This document shows, one piece after another, positions 30,989 through 40,169 of a stretch of 64,000 nucleotides of DNA. The position numbers and the translations under genes are program-made. The stretch is from the NCBI GenBank assembly GCA_018268255.1, contig JAFDWX010000008.1, forward strand, positions 27,269-91,268, written 5' to 3'. Within the stretch, counting starts at the first letter, position 1. Each line of letters opens with the position of its first letter. The stretch is from Armatimonadota bacterium. GTDB taxonomy: Bacteria > Armatimonadota > Fimbriimonadia > Fimbriimonadales > Fimbriimonadaceae. Below the pieces are notes generated by a model. The model saw nothing but the letters and a program-made list of their open reading frames with translations, made no database searches and was not told where the DNA came from.

Positions 30989-33013
30989 ATGAATCTAGCT
31001 CAAGCTTCGCCCGCCGAATCGCTCATGCAGTTTTGGTGGGTCCTCGTTCCCATCATTCTCCTCGCTTCGTCTAAGTGGATCCTTCGATTGGTCCTGGGGA
31101 TGGTGATCGTTCCCGAAAACCGCATCGGTCTTGTGACCAAGAAATTCGTCCTCATGGGCTCTAGACGGTCTCTGCCCGATTGCCGTATATTGGCGACCAA
31201 TGGTGAAGCCGGTATTCAGGCCCGAACCCTGGCCCCTGGACTCTACTGGTTCATGTGGCCATGGCAGTATTCCGTCACAATGCAGCCATTTACCGTAGTT
31301 CCCGAAGGGCAAGTCGGACTTGTGCTCTCTAACGACGGTGCCGAACTCCCTACGGGCTCCATTTTGGGTCGCCGTGTGCCCTGCGATGAGTTTCAAGACG
31401 CCGTTGGATTTCTCGAGAGAGGGGGCCAAAAGGGCCGACAAACCCACGTGCTCACTCCGGGAACCTATCGTATCAACACCTTGGCATTTGCCGTGACCTT
31501 TGTTCCGATTACAGTGATTCAGGACAATATGGTCGGAATCGTGACCGTTCAAGACGGTTCACCTCTCAACAAGGACCAGATCGCCGGTAATGTGGTTGCC
31601 GGACACAACAACTTCCAGGACATCGACACGTTTTTGGTGAACGGCGGCCAACGAGGCTTGCAGTCGCAGACCATCCTAGCCGGTAGCTATTTTATCAACC
31701 GCTGGGCCGTGATGATCGAAGAAGTCCCGATGACGGAGGTCCCTATCGGCCACGTCGGCGTTGTCATTTCATACATCGGTGAAGAAGGCAAAGACGTCAC
31801 CGGTGAGTTGTTCCGTCACGGCAATATCGTTTCGAGAGGTTTCCGAGGCGTGTGGATGGAACCGCTTGGCCCCGGTAAGTACCCGATCAACAAGTACACG
31901 ATGAAAGTGGAGTTGGTGCCGACCACCAACCTGGTGCTGAACTGGGCAACCGCCCGAACCGAATCCCACAACCTGGATAAGAACCTCTCCACGATCACGG
32001 TTCGCTCCAAGGACGGTTTCCAATTCAATCTGGATGTTTCCCAGATCATTCACGTCCCTGCGACGGAGGCTCCCAAAGTCATCGCACGGTTTGGCAGCAT
32101 GACTAACCTGGTATCGCAAGTTTTGGAGCCAACCATCGGTAACTACTTCCGAAACAGCGCTCAAGACAGCGACGTCATCAGTTTCCTTTCCACGCGAAAG
32201 GAACGCCAGACCGCGGCGCGCGAACACATCCGCGAAGTGCTGGAGGAGTACAACGTTAACGCGGTGGACACGTTGATCGGCGACATCACGCCTCCGGAGC
32301 CCTTGATGAAAACCCTCACGGATCGTAAACTCGCGCAAGAGCAAGAGGTCACGTATACCAACCAAAGGCTGGCACAGGAAAAGCGCCAGGGCATGGAAAA
32401 GGAAACGGCCATCGCCGACATGCAGCGCGAGATCGTTAAGGCTCAGCAGAGTGTTGAAATCGCTCAGCGAACAGCGGATGCTACGGTCAAAAAAGCTGAA
32501 GGTGACGCAACGAGCCTGAAGCTTCAGGTGAATGCCGAAGCCGAGGCAACCAAGATGCGCGCCAACGCAGAGGCGGAAGCAACCCGAGCGCGAGGTGCAG
32601 CTCAAGCAGACTTCACCAAGCTCAATGCGACGGCTGAAGCCGAGCGGATCAGCAAAACTGGTCTTGCCGAAGCCGAAAAGATCGAGGCGATCGGTCGTTC
32701 GACAGCCGAAGCGTTCCAACTTCAGGTCGGAGCGATGGGCGAAGGGAACTTCACTCGCCTAAAGATCATGGAGGAAATTGCCAAGGGCAACATCCGCATC
32801 ATCCCGGACCTGATCATTCAGGGGTCGGACGGTACGGAAGGAGGTCTCAACGGATTGATGGGAATGCAGCTGTTGCAGATGCTGCAGGAACGCCACGGGG
32901 CTCCGTCGCCTGCGGAGCAACCGGTGCAGCCGCGACCTCAGAGGGCGAAACCTGTGGCGCCGGTTGAACCGATTCCACCGGTCCCACCCACAACCCCAAC
33001 ACCTGAAAGCTGA
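30989..33013 (+). CDS. flotillin-family SPFH-domain membrane protein
   Basis: An N-terminal TM, an SPFH/band-7 domain, a flotillin-type Ala/Glu-rich coiled coil (AEAEATKMRANAEAEATRARGAAQ) and a Pro-rich tail. Confidence 0.8.
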   Translation: MNLAQASPAESLMQFWWVLVPIILLASSKWILRLVLGMVIVPENRIGLVTKKFVLMGSRRSLPDCRILATNGEAGIQARTLAPGLYWFMWPWQYSVTMQPFTVVPEGQVGLVLSNDGAELPTGSILGRRVPCDEFQDAVGFLERGGQKGRQTHVLTPGTYRINTLAFAVTFVPITVIQDNMVGIVTVQDGSPLNKDQIAGNVVAGHNNFQDIDTFLVNGGQRGLQSQTILAGSYFINRWAVMIEEVPMTEVPIGHVGVVISYIGEEGKDVTGELFRHGNIVSRGFRGVWMEPLGPGKYPINKYTMKVELVPTTNLVLNWATARTESHNLDKNLSTITVRSKDGFQFNLDVSQIIHVPATEAPKVIARFGSMTNLVSQVLEPTIGNYFRNSAQDSDVISFLSTRKERQTAAREHIREVLEEYNVNAVDTLIGDITPPEPLMKTLTDRKLAQEQEVTYTNQRLAQEKRQGMEKETAIADMQREIVKAQQSVEIAQRTADATVKKAEGDATSLKLQVNAEAEATKMRANAEAEATRARGAAQADFTKLNATAEAERISKTGLAEAEKIEAIGRSTAEAFQLQVGAMGEGNFTRLKIMEEIAKGNIRIIPDLIIQGSDGTEGGLNGLMGMQLLQMLQERHGAPSPAEQPVQPRPQRAKPVAPVEPIPPVPPTTPTPES

Positions 33014-33028
33014 ACTGACTAAAGTGAA

Positions 33029-33058
33029 AGCCGCCGACCGTGAAGATGGTCGGCGGCT
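33029..33058 (+). terminator. rho-independent terminator after the flotillin gene (11-bp stem)
   Basis: agccgccgacc-gtgaagat-ggtcggcggct followed by a T-rich tract. Confidence 0.55.
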
Positions 33059-33242
33059 CCGTTTGTCCGCCGCCGCTTCGCCCAATGCCACACCCTGGCT
33101 TCGGCTGCCGCCTCAGCCCTGCCCGAATCGGCGGCAGACAACTCCGATGTGGGTCGATGCTCGAATTTCCTGCCGAGCTAAAAATTTGCTAACTCCGAGG
33201 ACTCAGATAGGTAACCCCCGGGGCCAAACCAGAACTGAGACC

Positions 33243-33695
33243 TCAGACCGAAGCCGCGCCGGCGGTCAGCATACTGTCGAGCTGGATGTTCGCTGCTCGC
33301 AACCGTGAGCACAGAACCCGCGCGATATTTCTCATGATCACGCCCTCGATCATGGGTTGGCGCTTAAACAATTCCACAAGCTCTCGACGCGGAAAGACCG
33401 CAGTTGTGACCTGACCTTTACACACGACGCTTGCGCTTCGTGGCTCGTCGTCTACCAGCGAAATCTCGCCGATGACGGCTCCTGGTCCCAACTCGGCCAT
33501 AACCTCACCTCCGAATCCCTTCACCAGAGCAGTGCCGCGCAAAATCATGATGAGATCGCCTCCGCGCTCGTACTGCCGCGCTATGACTTCGCCCCCCTCC
33601 AGCACTTTCTCCTTGGAAACGGCGACCAGTGCTCCCACTTCCAGTTCGTCCAAACCGCGCCCCAAACCGTTACTGATAATCTCCGAAACGTGCAT
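33243..33695 (-). CDS. cyclic-nucleotide-binding domain protein
   Basis: The cNMP-binding signature GPGAVIGEISLVDDEPRSASVVC is present. Confidence 0.7.
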   Translation of the reverse strand: MHVSEIISNGLGRGLDELEVGALVAVSKEKVLEGGEVIARQYERGGDLIMILRGTALVKGFGGEVMAELGPGAVIGEISLVDDEPRSASVVCKGQVTTAVFPRRELVELFKRQPMIEGVIMRNIARVLCSRLRAANIQLDSMLTAGAASV

Positions 33696-33810
33696 AGACC
33701 CTTAAAAACCCTCATACCGGTTTTACCTTCATTCGGTTAAGGGATCAACACAAATGCCAAGGGCCCCGCTACGTGCCGGAGCCCTGACTTGCCTTAGGAC
33801 AGAAAGTCGC

Positions 33811-34371
33811 TTAGAACATGCAGCCCGACTGCTTTGCGGTCGGAAACTTGCTCAAATCCATGGAGATCTTAGGTCCGTGATGCTCCGGAAGAGCCGTCAA
33901 CAACTCTTTAAACGACTGTTGGCTGTAGCCGTTCCACAATTTTGCGACTCGCTTATCGTCTGAACATAGCAACGCAAAGTCGCCCGTTCGGGTTGCGCCG
34001 AATCCCTTGACCACCGCTTTGGATGTGTCCGAAAGGATAGGGAATGCAGCCTTAAATTCACCGGCCATTTTCTTTGCGTTTGCCGCGGTGGCATTGGTGA
34101 CGGCGTAAAAGGACACCTTACCGTTCATGCCAGATCGAAGCTTGTTGAAAGCCTCGACGGCTTTGGGGTTGTGCGGGCAGCCTTCCTTGAGGAACAGCAC
34201 GACCGTGGGAGCTTTGGTCAGAGAATCCTGGGTGTAGGTCTTTCCGTCCGACCCCTTTAGGCTGAACTTCGGCATGGCTTTGCATTGGCAACCTTCCTCT
34301 GGCGCCGAGTTGGCAGCTGTGATCGCGGCGGTAAGCACGGAAATGAAGAGTAGATATTTGACAGTTTTCAT
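33811..34371 (-). CDS. secreted thioredoxin-fold redoxin (TlpA/AhpC-like)
   Basis: A signal peptide at the internal Met (MKTVKYLLFISVLTAAITA), then a thioredoxin-fold region VVLFLKEGCPHNPKAVEAF (single Cys; the second Cys of a CxxC is replaced by His). Confidence 0.55.
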   Translation of the reverse strand: MKTVKYLLFISVLTAAITAANSAPEEGCQCKAMPKFSLKGSDGKTYTQDSLTKAPTVVLFLKEGCPHNPKAVEAFNKLRSGMNGKVSFYAVTNATAANAKKMAGEFKAAFPILSDTSKAVVKGFGATRTGDFALLCSDDKRVAKLWNGYSQQSFKELLTALPEHHGPKISMDLSKFPTAKQSGCMF

Positions 34372-34482
34372 AAAATGTGAAGTTATAAGGACCAGTCCCG
34401 AGTGGATCGGTACGCCATTGCAGGAGCTAGCTGGCAAAGGACTATTTTCACCTGCCAGCCTGTCGCCCCCGAGAAATCTAGC

Positions 34483-34929
34483 CTAAGCGGTCGGTGGAGG
34501 CGTGGGTGGAGCCGAAGAGGTCTGCGAAATTAAATTCGAGCCATCGAACTCCACATGCGAACCAGGTACGGAATGGAGTGAAAACTGAGTTACGGGAGAA
34601 ACTGCGACCCAAAAGGTGAGAACGACTCCCGAATCGTGATTGTCCTGTTGAGTTTGTCGCTCAGCACATTGGCATTGCACAAATTCGCGGTCTCCAAGCC
34701 GTGGCTTGCGGATCTGACTTTTAGCTTCGGATCCGCAACATGACTTCGTCTCAACCCATTGGACTTTTGCGGTCGGACAATGGATTCCACTAGGCGTTCT
34801 GAGCGACGGAATCAGGCTCGTGAAAACCAACAACCACAGCGCCACGACCCCAAACAGGAGTCGATGAAATCGAATGAGTTCGCGCCGGGAGACTCGGAAC
34901 AAGGTCCAGCGAGTGTACCTGTCCCCCAA
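34483..34929 (-). CDS. hypothetical small membrane protein (weak call)
   Basis: A 148-aa ORF with one TM segment and a Cys-rich region. The coding signal is uncertain. Confidence 0.2.
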   Translation of the reverse strand: MGDRYTRWTLFRVSRRELIRFHRLLFGVVALWLLVFTSLIPSLRTPSGIHCPTAKVQWVETKSCCGSEAKSQIRKPRLGDREFVQCQCAERQTQQDNHDSGVVLTFWVAVSPVTQFSLHSVPGSHVEFDGSNLISQTSSAPPTPPPTA

Positions 34930-34949
34930 TCCGGGGCCACAATACCACC

Positions 34950-35540
34950 ATGGGTACCAGCCGACTTGAGGCGTTCAGCGACGGAGTCCTCGCAATCATC
35001 ATCACGATCATGGTGCTAGAACTGCGGCCGCCTGAATATGCGAATTTGGAGTCTCTCAGGTCGATGTGGCCCGTTGGTGCCAGCTACATTATCAGCTTCG
35101 TGATGATCGGGATTTACTGGAACAACCACCACAATATGCTCCAAGCGAGCCAGCGCGTCGGTGGTGCAGTGCTCTGGGCCAATCTCCATCTGCTGTTCTG
35201 GCTTTCGATCGTGCCCTTTGGAACTGCGTGGATGGGTGAAACGAGATTTCAGTCGCTTCCTGTTGCCATCTACGGGTTCATCCTGCTGATGTGCGGGGCG
35301 TCCTATTTTTTGCTCTCGCGGGCTTTAATCGCCAAGCACGGACGGGATTCGGCTCTGGGGCAAGCGTTTCAGAACAGCTTCAAGGATTACGCAAGCGTTT
35401 TGTTCTACGTAGCCTCCATACCCTTGGCCTTTGTGCACCCCGCGATCAGCATCGCGATTTTCGTCGCTGTGGCCGCGATGTGGCTCATCCCGGACCGACG
35501 CATGGAACGCGCAGTCGATGCGAACGGGTTCGAAAACTAG
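34950..35540 (+). CDS. TMEM175/DUF1211-family putative potassium channel
   Basis: The signature RLEAFSDGVLAIIITIMVLEL is followed by additional TM helices. Confidence 0.75.
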   Translation: MGTSRLEAFSDGVLAIIITIMVLELRPPEYANLESLRSMWPVGASYIISFVMIGIYWNNHHNMLQASQRVGGAVLWANLHLLFWLSIVPFGTAWMGETRFQSLPVAIYGFILLMCGASYFLLSRALIAKHGRDSALGQAFQNSFKDYASVLFYVASIPLAFVHPAISIAIFVAVAAMWLIPDRRMERAVDANGFEN

Positions 35541-36301
35541 TCGGGAAGTCCCATTCTGGGGATCGCCGTGGGATCGGGCATACGGAATGATCCAGGTGAT
35601 CTCTCTAGTCCAGGAATCACCACGCTTGGCGCCGGAGCAGGCAGGACAACGGCCACTGCGGGTTGGGGCGGCGCCTCTTGTTGTCGGGAGCTTGGTACCG
35701 GAGGCGGAGCGTAGTAGGTTGGTGCCGAGGCTGCTGCCGCAGGCGACTCACCCAGTTCTGATGCCGCATTCCGTGCCATTCCGCCGTACTGCTGGCGAAA
35801 CTGTCCTACGATGCCCTCGGCCGCCTCGGGTGAATTGGTTGCAACCGGCCCGGTGCCCTGGGCTGGAGGGGAACCCCATGCGCCTCCTTCATCCCTCATC
35901 GCCACGGCAGAACCTGCGGTGAGCGCACCTAAGATGAGTTGGAGTTGACTCCGGGATTCCGACTGGTTGGCCTTGACTCGTGGACCGGCACCTTCGATCT
36001 TGATGACGCCCTGCGCTCCTTCCGGACCGCCATTGGGCAACCCTTCGGAAGTAATCGTGATCGAAAGACCGTTGATGTTCGTGTAATAGCCACCGCCCGT
36101 TGCGGGAACGATCTTGGTGTGAAGCTGCAGGGCAGAAATGATCGACTCCTGGACCGACTGTGCTGTGAGCTCTACCTTTTGACTAGTGGCACATTCCAAT
36201 TTGATGGTTGGGCCAATTGCCAAATCGCGCAGTTGGGAGCAACCGCCGAGCGTAAACAAAATGAGGATTAGCGCACCTATTCTGAAGTCCTTTCGATCCA
36301 T
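35537..36301 (-). CDS. hypothetical lipoprotein
   Basis: The lipobox in MDRKDFRIGALILILFTLGGCSQ. The C-terminus is Pro/Ala-rich. Confidence 0.5.
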   Translation of the reverse strand: MDRKDFRIGALILILFTLGGCSQLRDLAIGPTIKLECATSQKVELTAQSVQESIISALQLHTKIVPATGGGYYTNINGLSITITSEGLPNGGPEGAQGVIKIEGAGPRVKANQSESRSQLQLILGALTAGSAVAMRDEGGAWGSPPAQGTGPVATNSPEAAEGIVGQFRQQYGGMARNAASELGESPAAAASAPTYYAPPPVPSSRQQEAPPQPAVAVVLPAPAPSVVIPGLERSPGSFRMPDPTAIPRMGLPD

Positions 36302-36436
36302 GGCCTATCTCTATCTTTATCGGCTCCTCGCCACCTGTGCCCAAGTGTCAGACGGTCTCCCAAACTATTTATTCCGCACAATTGCGGTAGAAACCAAACC
36401 TATCCATAAGAAACCTCGTCACCAATCTATAGAGTA

Positions 36437-38320
36437 ATGAGTTCGGGACCTCCGACCAAACTCGGAAAGTACGACATCATACGCGAAATCGCCCGTTCCA
36501 ACGATATCGTGTACGAGGCTTACGATCCGTTAATGAACCGCCGAGTTGCGATTAAGGAACTCGCGGTTGCATCGACGTCGACCAGTCAACAGCGGGAAGA
36601 TCGCGTCAAGCGGTTTCTCCGCGAAGTCAAGGCGGCGGGTTCACTGGCGCATCCCAATATCGTGACTGTGTACGAAGTCGGGGAGGAATCCGGTCGGCAT
36701 TACATGGCGATGGAGTTCCTGGACGGAAACACGCTCCGGAATCAAATCGACAGCCATGGCAAAATCGCTCAGGACCGGGCGATCGAGATCGCGGTGGACG
36801 TTCTCTGTGCGCTGGACTTTGCTCACAAGCACGGCGTCATCCATCGAGATATAAAGCCGGAAAATATCCAGATTCTGAGTAATGGCACGGTCAAACTCAC
36901 CGACTTTGGTATCGCACGCCTTACTTTTGAACCCAATCTGACGATCGACGGCCAGGTGTTCGGCACCCCAAGCTATATGTCGCCCGAACAGGTGGTTGGG
37001 CGCGAGATAGACGTTCGGAGCGATATCTTCAGCATCGGCACCGTGCTATTCGAGATGCTGACGGGCGAGAAGCCTTTCAAAGGGGACAACGTAGTTGCGA
37101 TCACCTACGCGATCATGAACACGAGTCTGGACTGCCCCCAGGGTATCGGATTCGCGATGTGGCAGGTGATCAGCAAGGCGATGGAAAAGTCGCCTCAGAT
37201 GCGGTTTGCCACGGCAGAAGAGATGATCGAGGCTCTCCGGCAAGTTCAAAATGCTGGACAGGTGCAGCCGCATCTCCCCGTATCGAGCGGACCGATGCCA
37301 CCGGTATTTGGTGGTCCGGGTAATGGACCTGTCAATCCCTACGCGCCACCGGTGGTAGTGCCCCCACCTGTCTCCATGCCGATGCCGATGCACGGCCAGA
37401 GCCCCTACAACACCACACCGTATGGAGGTGCTCTCCCGCCTGATCCCTACGGGATGGGCTATCAGACTCCTTACAACCAGCAGCCCTACCCTGGAACGCC
37501 ATATCCTCAACCTGGAGTTCCTTACAACCAACAGCCGTATGTGCCCGGCGGACCCTATCCGCAGGCTCCCCAAACTCTGGGCGGGATGAATTACCCGCAT
37601 GCTCCGGTTTACTATCCTCCGGCTCCCCGTAGACCGGTGTTTAAGCCCGAAACCAAACAATTTGTCGCTCGCTTCCTGTTGGTACTCCTGATCGTTGGCA
37701 CCTTTATGGGCTTGGTGATCTACGCGATTATCGAAATCGGCAAAGGGATCAACGGAATGGAAACCACCCGGCGTGACAACCAAGTCCAACAGCAGATTCA
37801 GACAGAAACCCAGGGTGAACCCGTGGAGCAACAGATCGCTGCTCGGGAAAAGGGCATGAAGGATCTTCAAGGCACGATGGGACGCGCTGAGGAATCTGCA
37901 AAGCTTGCAGACAACTACGTCCAAGCCGCCCAGTCAAAGGAGGTCGCGGGCAAGCCCGCCGAAGCCGAGGCCTATTACCAAAAGGCTGCAGAGGCGGATC
38001 CCATCGCTCCCCGCTACGTCAACCTGGCGGCCTTTTATCAGCGGATGGAGCGGAAGGTCACCAATACGGACGATCGACTGGAGTTCATCCGCGGTGCAGG
38101 CGAGAGTTTCCAACACGCGGCCCAGAGCGCTCAGACCAAAGAGGACCGAGAAAAGTTCAAGAGGCAGTCAGCCCAGCAATTCCTCAAAGCGGGCGACCTC
38201 CTCAAGCCGTTCGACTCTCGGATGGCTCGTGAATACTACTACCAAGCGCGCGATGTGGCTCCACCAGAGTCTGAGGAATTCAAACTCGCGCAACAGGCTA
38301 TCGATTCGTTATCGGCCTAA
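36437..38320 (+). CDS. Ser/Thr protein kinase with a Pro/Tyr-rich linker, one TM helix and an extracytoplasmic TPR-like C-terminal domain
   Basis: A kinase domain (HRDIKPENIQI, DFG, SPE), a low-complexity PY-rich ~130-aa linker, a TM (FLLVLLIVGTFMGLVIYAII) and a helical C-terminus. Confidence 0.85.
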   Translation: MSSGPPTKLGKYDIIREIARSNDIVYEAYDPLMNRRVAIKELAVASTSTSQQREDRVKRFLREVKAAGSLAHPNIVTVYEVGEESGRHYMAMEFLDGNTLRNQIDSHGKIAQDRAIEIAVDVLCALDFAHKHGVIHRDIKPENIQILSNGTVKLTDFGIARLTFEPNLTIDGQVFGTPSYMSPEQVVGREIDVRSDIFSIGTVLFEMLTGEKPFKGDNVVAITYAIMNTSLDCPQGIGFAMWQVISKAMEKSPQMRFATAEEMIEALRQVQNAGQVQPHLPVSSGPMPPVFGGPGNGPVNPYAPPVVVPPPVSMPMPMHGQSPYNTTPYGGALPPDPYGMGYQTPYNQQPYPGTPYPQPGVPYNQQPYVPGGPYPQAPQTLGGMNYPHAPVYYPPAPRRPVFKPETKQFVARFLLVLLIVGTFMGLVIYAIIEIGKGINGMETTRRDNQVQQQIQTETQGEPVEQQIAAREKGMKDLQGTMGRAEESAKLADNYVQAAQSKEVAGKPAEAEAYYQKAAEADPIAPRYVNLAAFYQRMERKVTNTDDRLEFIRGAGESFQHAAQSAQTKEDREKFKRQSAQQFLKAGDLLKPFDSRMAREYYYQARDVAPPESEEFKLAQQAIDSLSA

Positions 38321-39093
38321 ATACCTCGGTTGATTCCACCATCCACGGCGATACTCTGCCCACTGATGTAGCTTGCTTGCTGACTGCAGAGAAAGGCCAC
38401 CGGTGCCGCAATCTCGCTAGGGTCCGCCAGGCGGCCGATCGGTACCTGCCTGCCTTGATTCGCCAAGGCTTCTTCCATCGAAATACCAAGTTTTTGTGAA
38501 TTGAGATGTGCAAGATGGCGCTGCCGGTCGGTGAGAGTGTGGCCCGGAAGAACGGCGTTTACGGTAATCCCAAATGGACCGTATTCCTGGGCCTGAATTC
38601 GAGTTGTGGCGACAAGACCAGCTCGAATCGTCGAGGAGATCGGAAGCATAAGCGATGGTTCTGTGGCGACCAAACTCGTGATGTGGACGATGCGTCCCCA
38701 ACCCATCTGCTTCATTTCAGGCAATGCAAGGCGAACCATTCGGATCACGTTGAAAAGCGTGGAATCAACTCCCGTCTGCCACTGCTCGTCGGTCATGGAG
38801 TCGATGCTGCCAGCAGGAGGGCCTCCGGTGTTTGTGACTAGGATCTCAGGAACTCCTAACTCAGATCGTACAGCGTCAAACCACGTTTCCAAGTCGGCTG
38901 CAACCGCGACGTCCGCCACATGGGTATGGCAACGAGCCCCGACTTCGGTTTTCGCTGACGCCAAGGTGGCTTCCGTCCTCCCGCAAATCGAGACACTACA
39001 ACCCTGTTCGGCGAGTGCCTTGGCAACCGAAAGACCGATCCCTTTGCTTCCTGCCGCGACCATCGCGACCTTATTCTCAATGCCGAAATCCAT
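38317..39093 (-). CDS. SDR-family oxidoreductase (3-oxoacyl-ACP reductase-like)
   Basis: Rossmann motif VAMVAAGSKGIG and the SDR pattern. The start was set at the internal Met to clear the tRNA-Ser. Confidence 0.75.
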   Translation of the reverse strand: MDFGIENKVAMVAAGSKGIGLSVAKALAEQGCSVSICGRTEATLASAKTEVGARCHTHVADVAVAADLETWFDAVRSELGVPEILVTNTGGPPAGSIDSMTDEQWQTGVDSTLFNVIRMVRLALPEMKQMGWGRIVHITSLVATEPSLMLPISSTIRAGLVATTRIQAQEYGPFGITVNAVLPGHTLTDRQRHLAHLNSQKLGISMEEALANQGRQVPIGRLADPSEIAAPVAFLCSQQASYISGQSIAVDGGINRGI

Positions 39094-39126
39094 AGCAGGA
39101 TTATGAAGCTTGTATAATCTGCCCCG

Positions 39127-39213
39127 GAGGGATGGCAGAGCGGTTGAATGCACCGGTCTTGAAAACCGGCGGGGCGCAAGTCCTCAGGGGTTCGAATCCC
39201 CTTCCCTCCGCCA
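39127..39213 (+). tRNA. tRNA-Ser (anticodon TGA), long variable arm, CCA encoded
   Basis: Acceptor ggaggga/tccctcc, anticodon arm ccggt-ctTGAaa-accgg, a long variable arm, and T-arm agggg-ttcgaat-cccct. Confidence 0.85.
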
Positions 39214-39229
39214 CTGAGACCTTATCGAG

Positions 39230-39520
39230 ATGGCAGACGAAAGGCCGGTAATCGTTCTCCGAAACGTTGGAAAGGCGACTGCGGACGATTTTCATCAACT
39301 GGGAATCCACACGGTCTCGCAAGTGGCAAAACAGGACGCGGACGACCTGTATCTGCGAATGTGCCACATCACCCAAACTCGGCAAGATCCATGCGTCCAC
39401 GATGTGTTTGAAGCCGCAATTCACGAAGCAAAGACCGGCGAAGCTCGAAACTGGTGGGCATTCACCCCGGCACGGAAAGTGCGCCAGAAATCCGGGACGT
39501 TTCCGAACTACCCTGGTTGA
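39230..39520 (+). CDS. small hypothetical protein (TfoX-C/helix-hairpin-helix-like)
   Basis: A 96-aa ORF immediately after tRNA-Ser, with an HhH-like DFHQLGIHTVSQVA segment. Confidence 0.4.
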   Translation: MADERPVIVLRNVGKATADDFHQLGIHTVSQVAKQDADDLYLRMCHITQTRQDPCVHDVFEAAIHEAKTGEARNWWAFTPARKVRQKSGTFPNYPG

Positions 39521-40167
39521 ATCGCGAAATTCACCTGTTTTCCTGCATCCCACGCATGATCCACCGCGGATTTCCCGTTGTCGTCTTTCCGAGTTGAATC
39601 GGCTCCCCTAGCCAGCAAGAGGTCAATGATTTCTTGGTTTCCGTTTTGGGCAGCACCCATCAACGGCGTAAATCCGCCATCCTGGGTTGTATCGACATCA
39701 GCTCCAGCGTCAAGCAGTGTTCTCACAATCTCAGCGCTGTTTCCAAAGATCGCTGAGTGGATGGGGGCATAAGATCCCACAGACGCTGAGCGCTTGTTGG
39801 GATCTGCTCCAAGTCGGATCAGCAAACGGACGACGTCTGGCTGTCTAAAGGCGGCGGCCAAGCATAGCGGAGTAAATCCATCGGGCGAAACGGTGTCCAC
39901 TGCTGCCCGGTCACCCTGCAGTGCTGCCTCCGCGACCTCGACTTCGCCCAGAGCACAAGCCGTGTAAAGACTAACGTTTGCCCCGCAGTCCTTCAGCAAT
40001 CTGGCGATATTGGGCTGTCCGTAATAGATCGCCAGGAGGATCGCCGGCGTCCCGTGATCATCAACCGTATTGACCAACGTGCGGTCCTCATCGATGAACC
40101 TCGCGACGTTGTCGCTTTCTCCCTTCTGGATCGCGGAAATAAAATCGTTTCGCTGATTGCTACTCAT
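39508..40167 (-). CDS. ankyrin-repeat protein
   Basis: Several ANK repeats (GTPAILLAIYYGQPNIARLLKDCGAN..., GFTPLMGAAQNGNQEIIDLLLARGAD). The ATG lies 2 nt after the ABC-F stop. Confidence 0.75.
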   Translation of the reverse strand: MSSNQRNDFISAIQKGESDNVARFIDEDRTLVNTVDDHGTPAILLAIYYGQPNIARLLKDCGANVSLYTACALGEVEVAEAALQGDRAAVDTVSPDGFTPLCLAAAFRQPDVVRLLIRLGADPNKRSASVGSYAPIHSAIFGNSAEIVRTLLDAGADVDTTQDGGFTPLMGAAQNGNQEIIDLLLARGADSTRKDDNGKSAVDHAWDAGKQVNFAIQPG

Positions 40168-40169
40168 AG

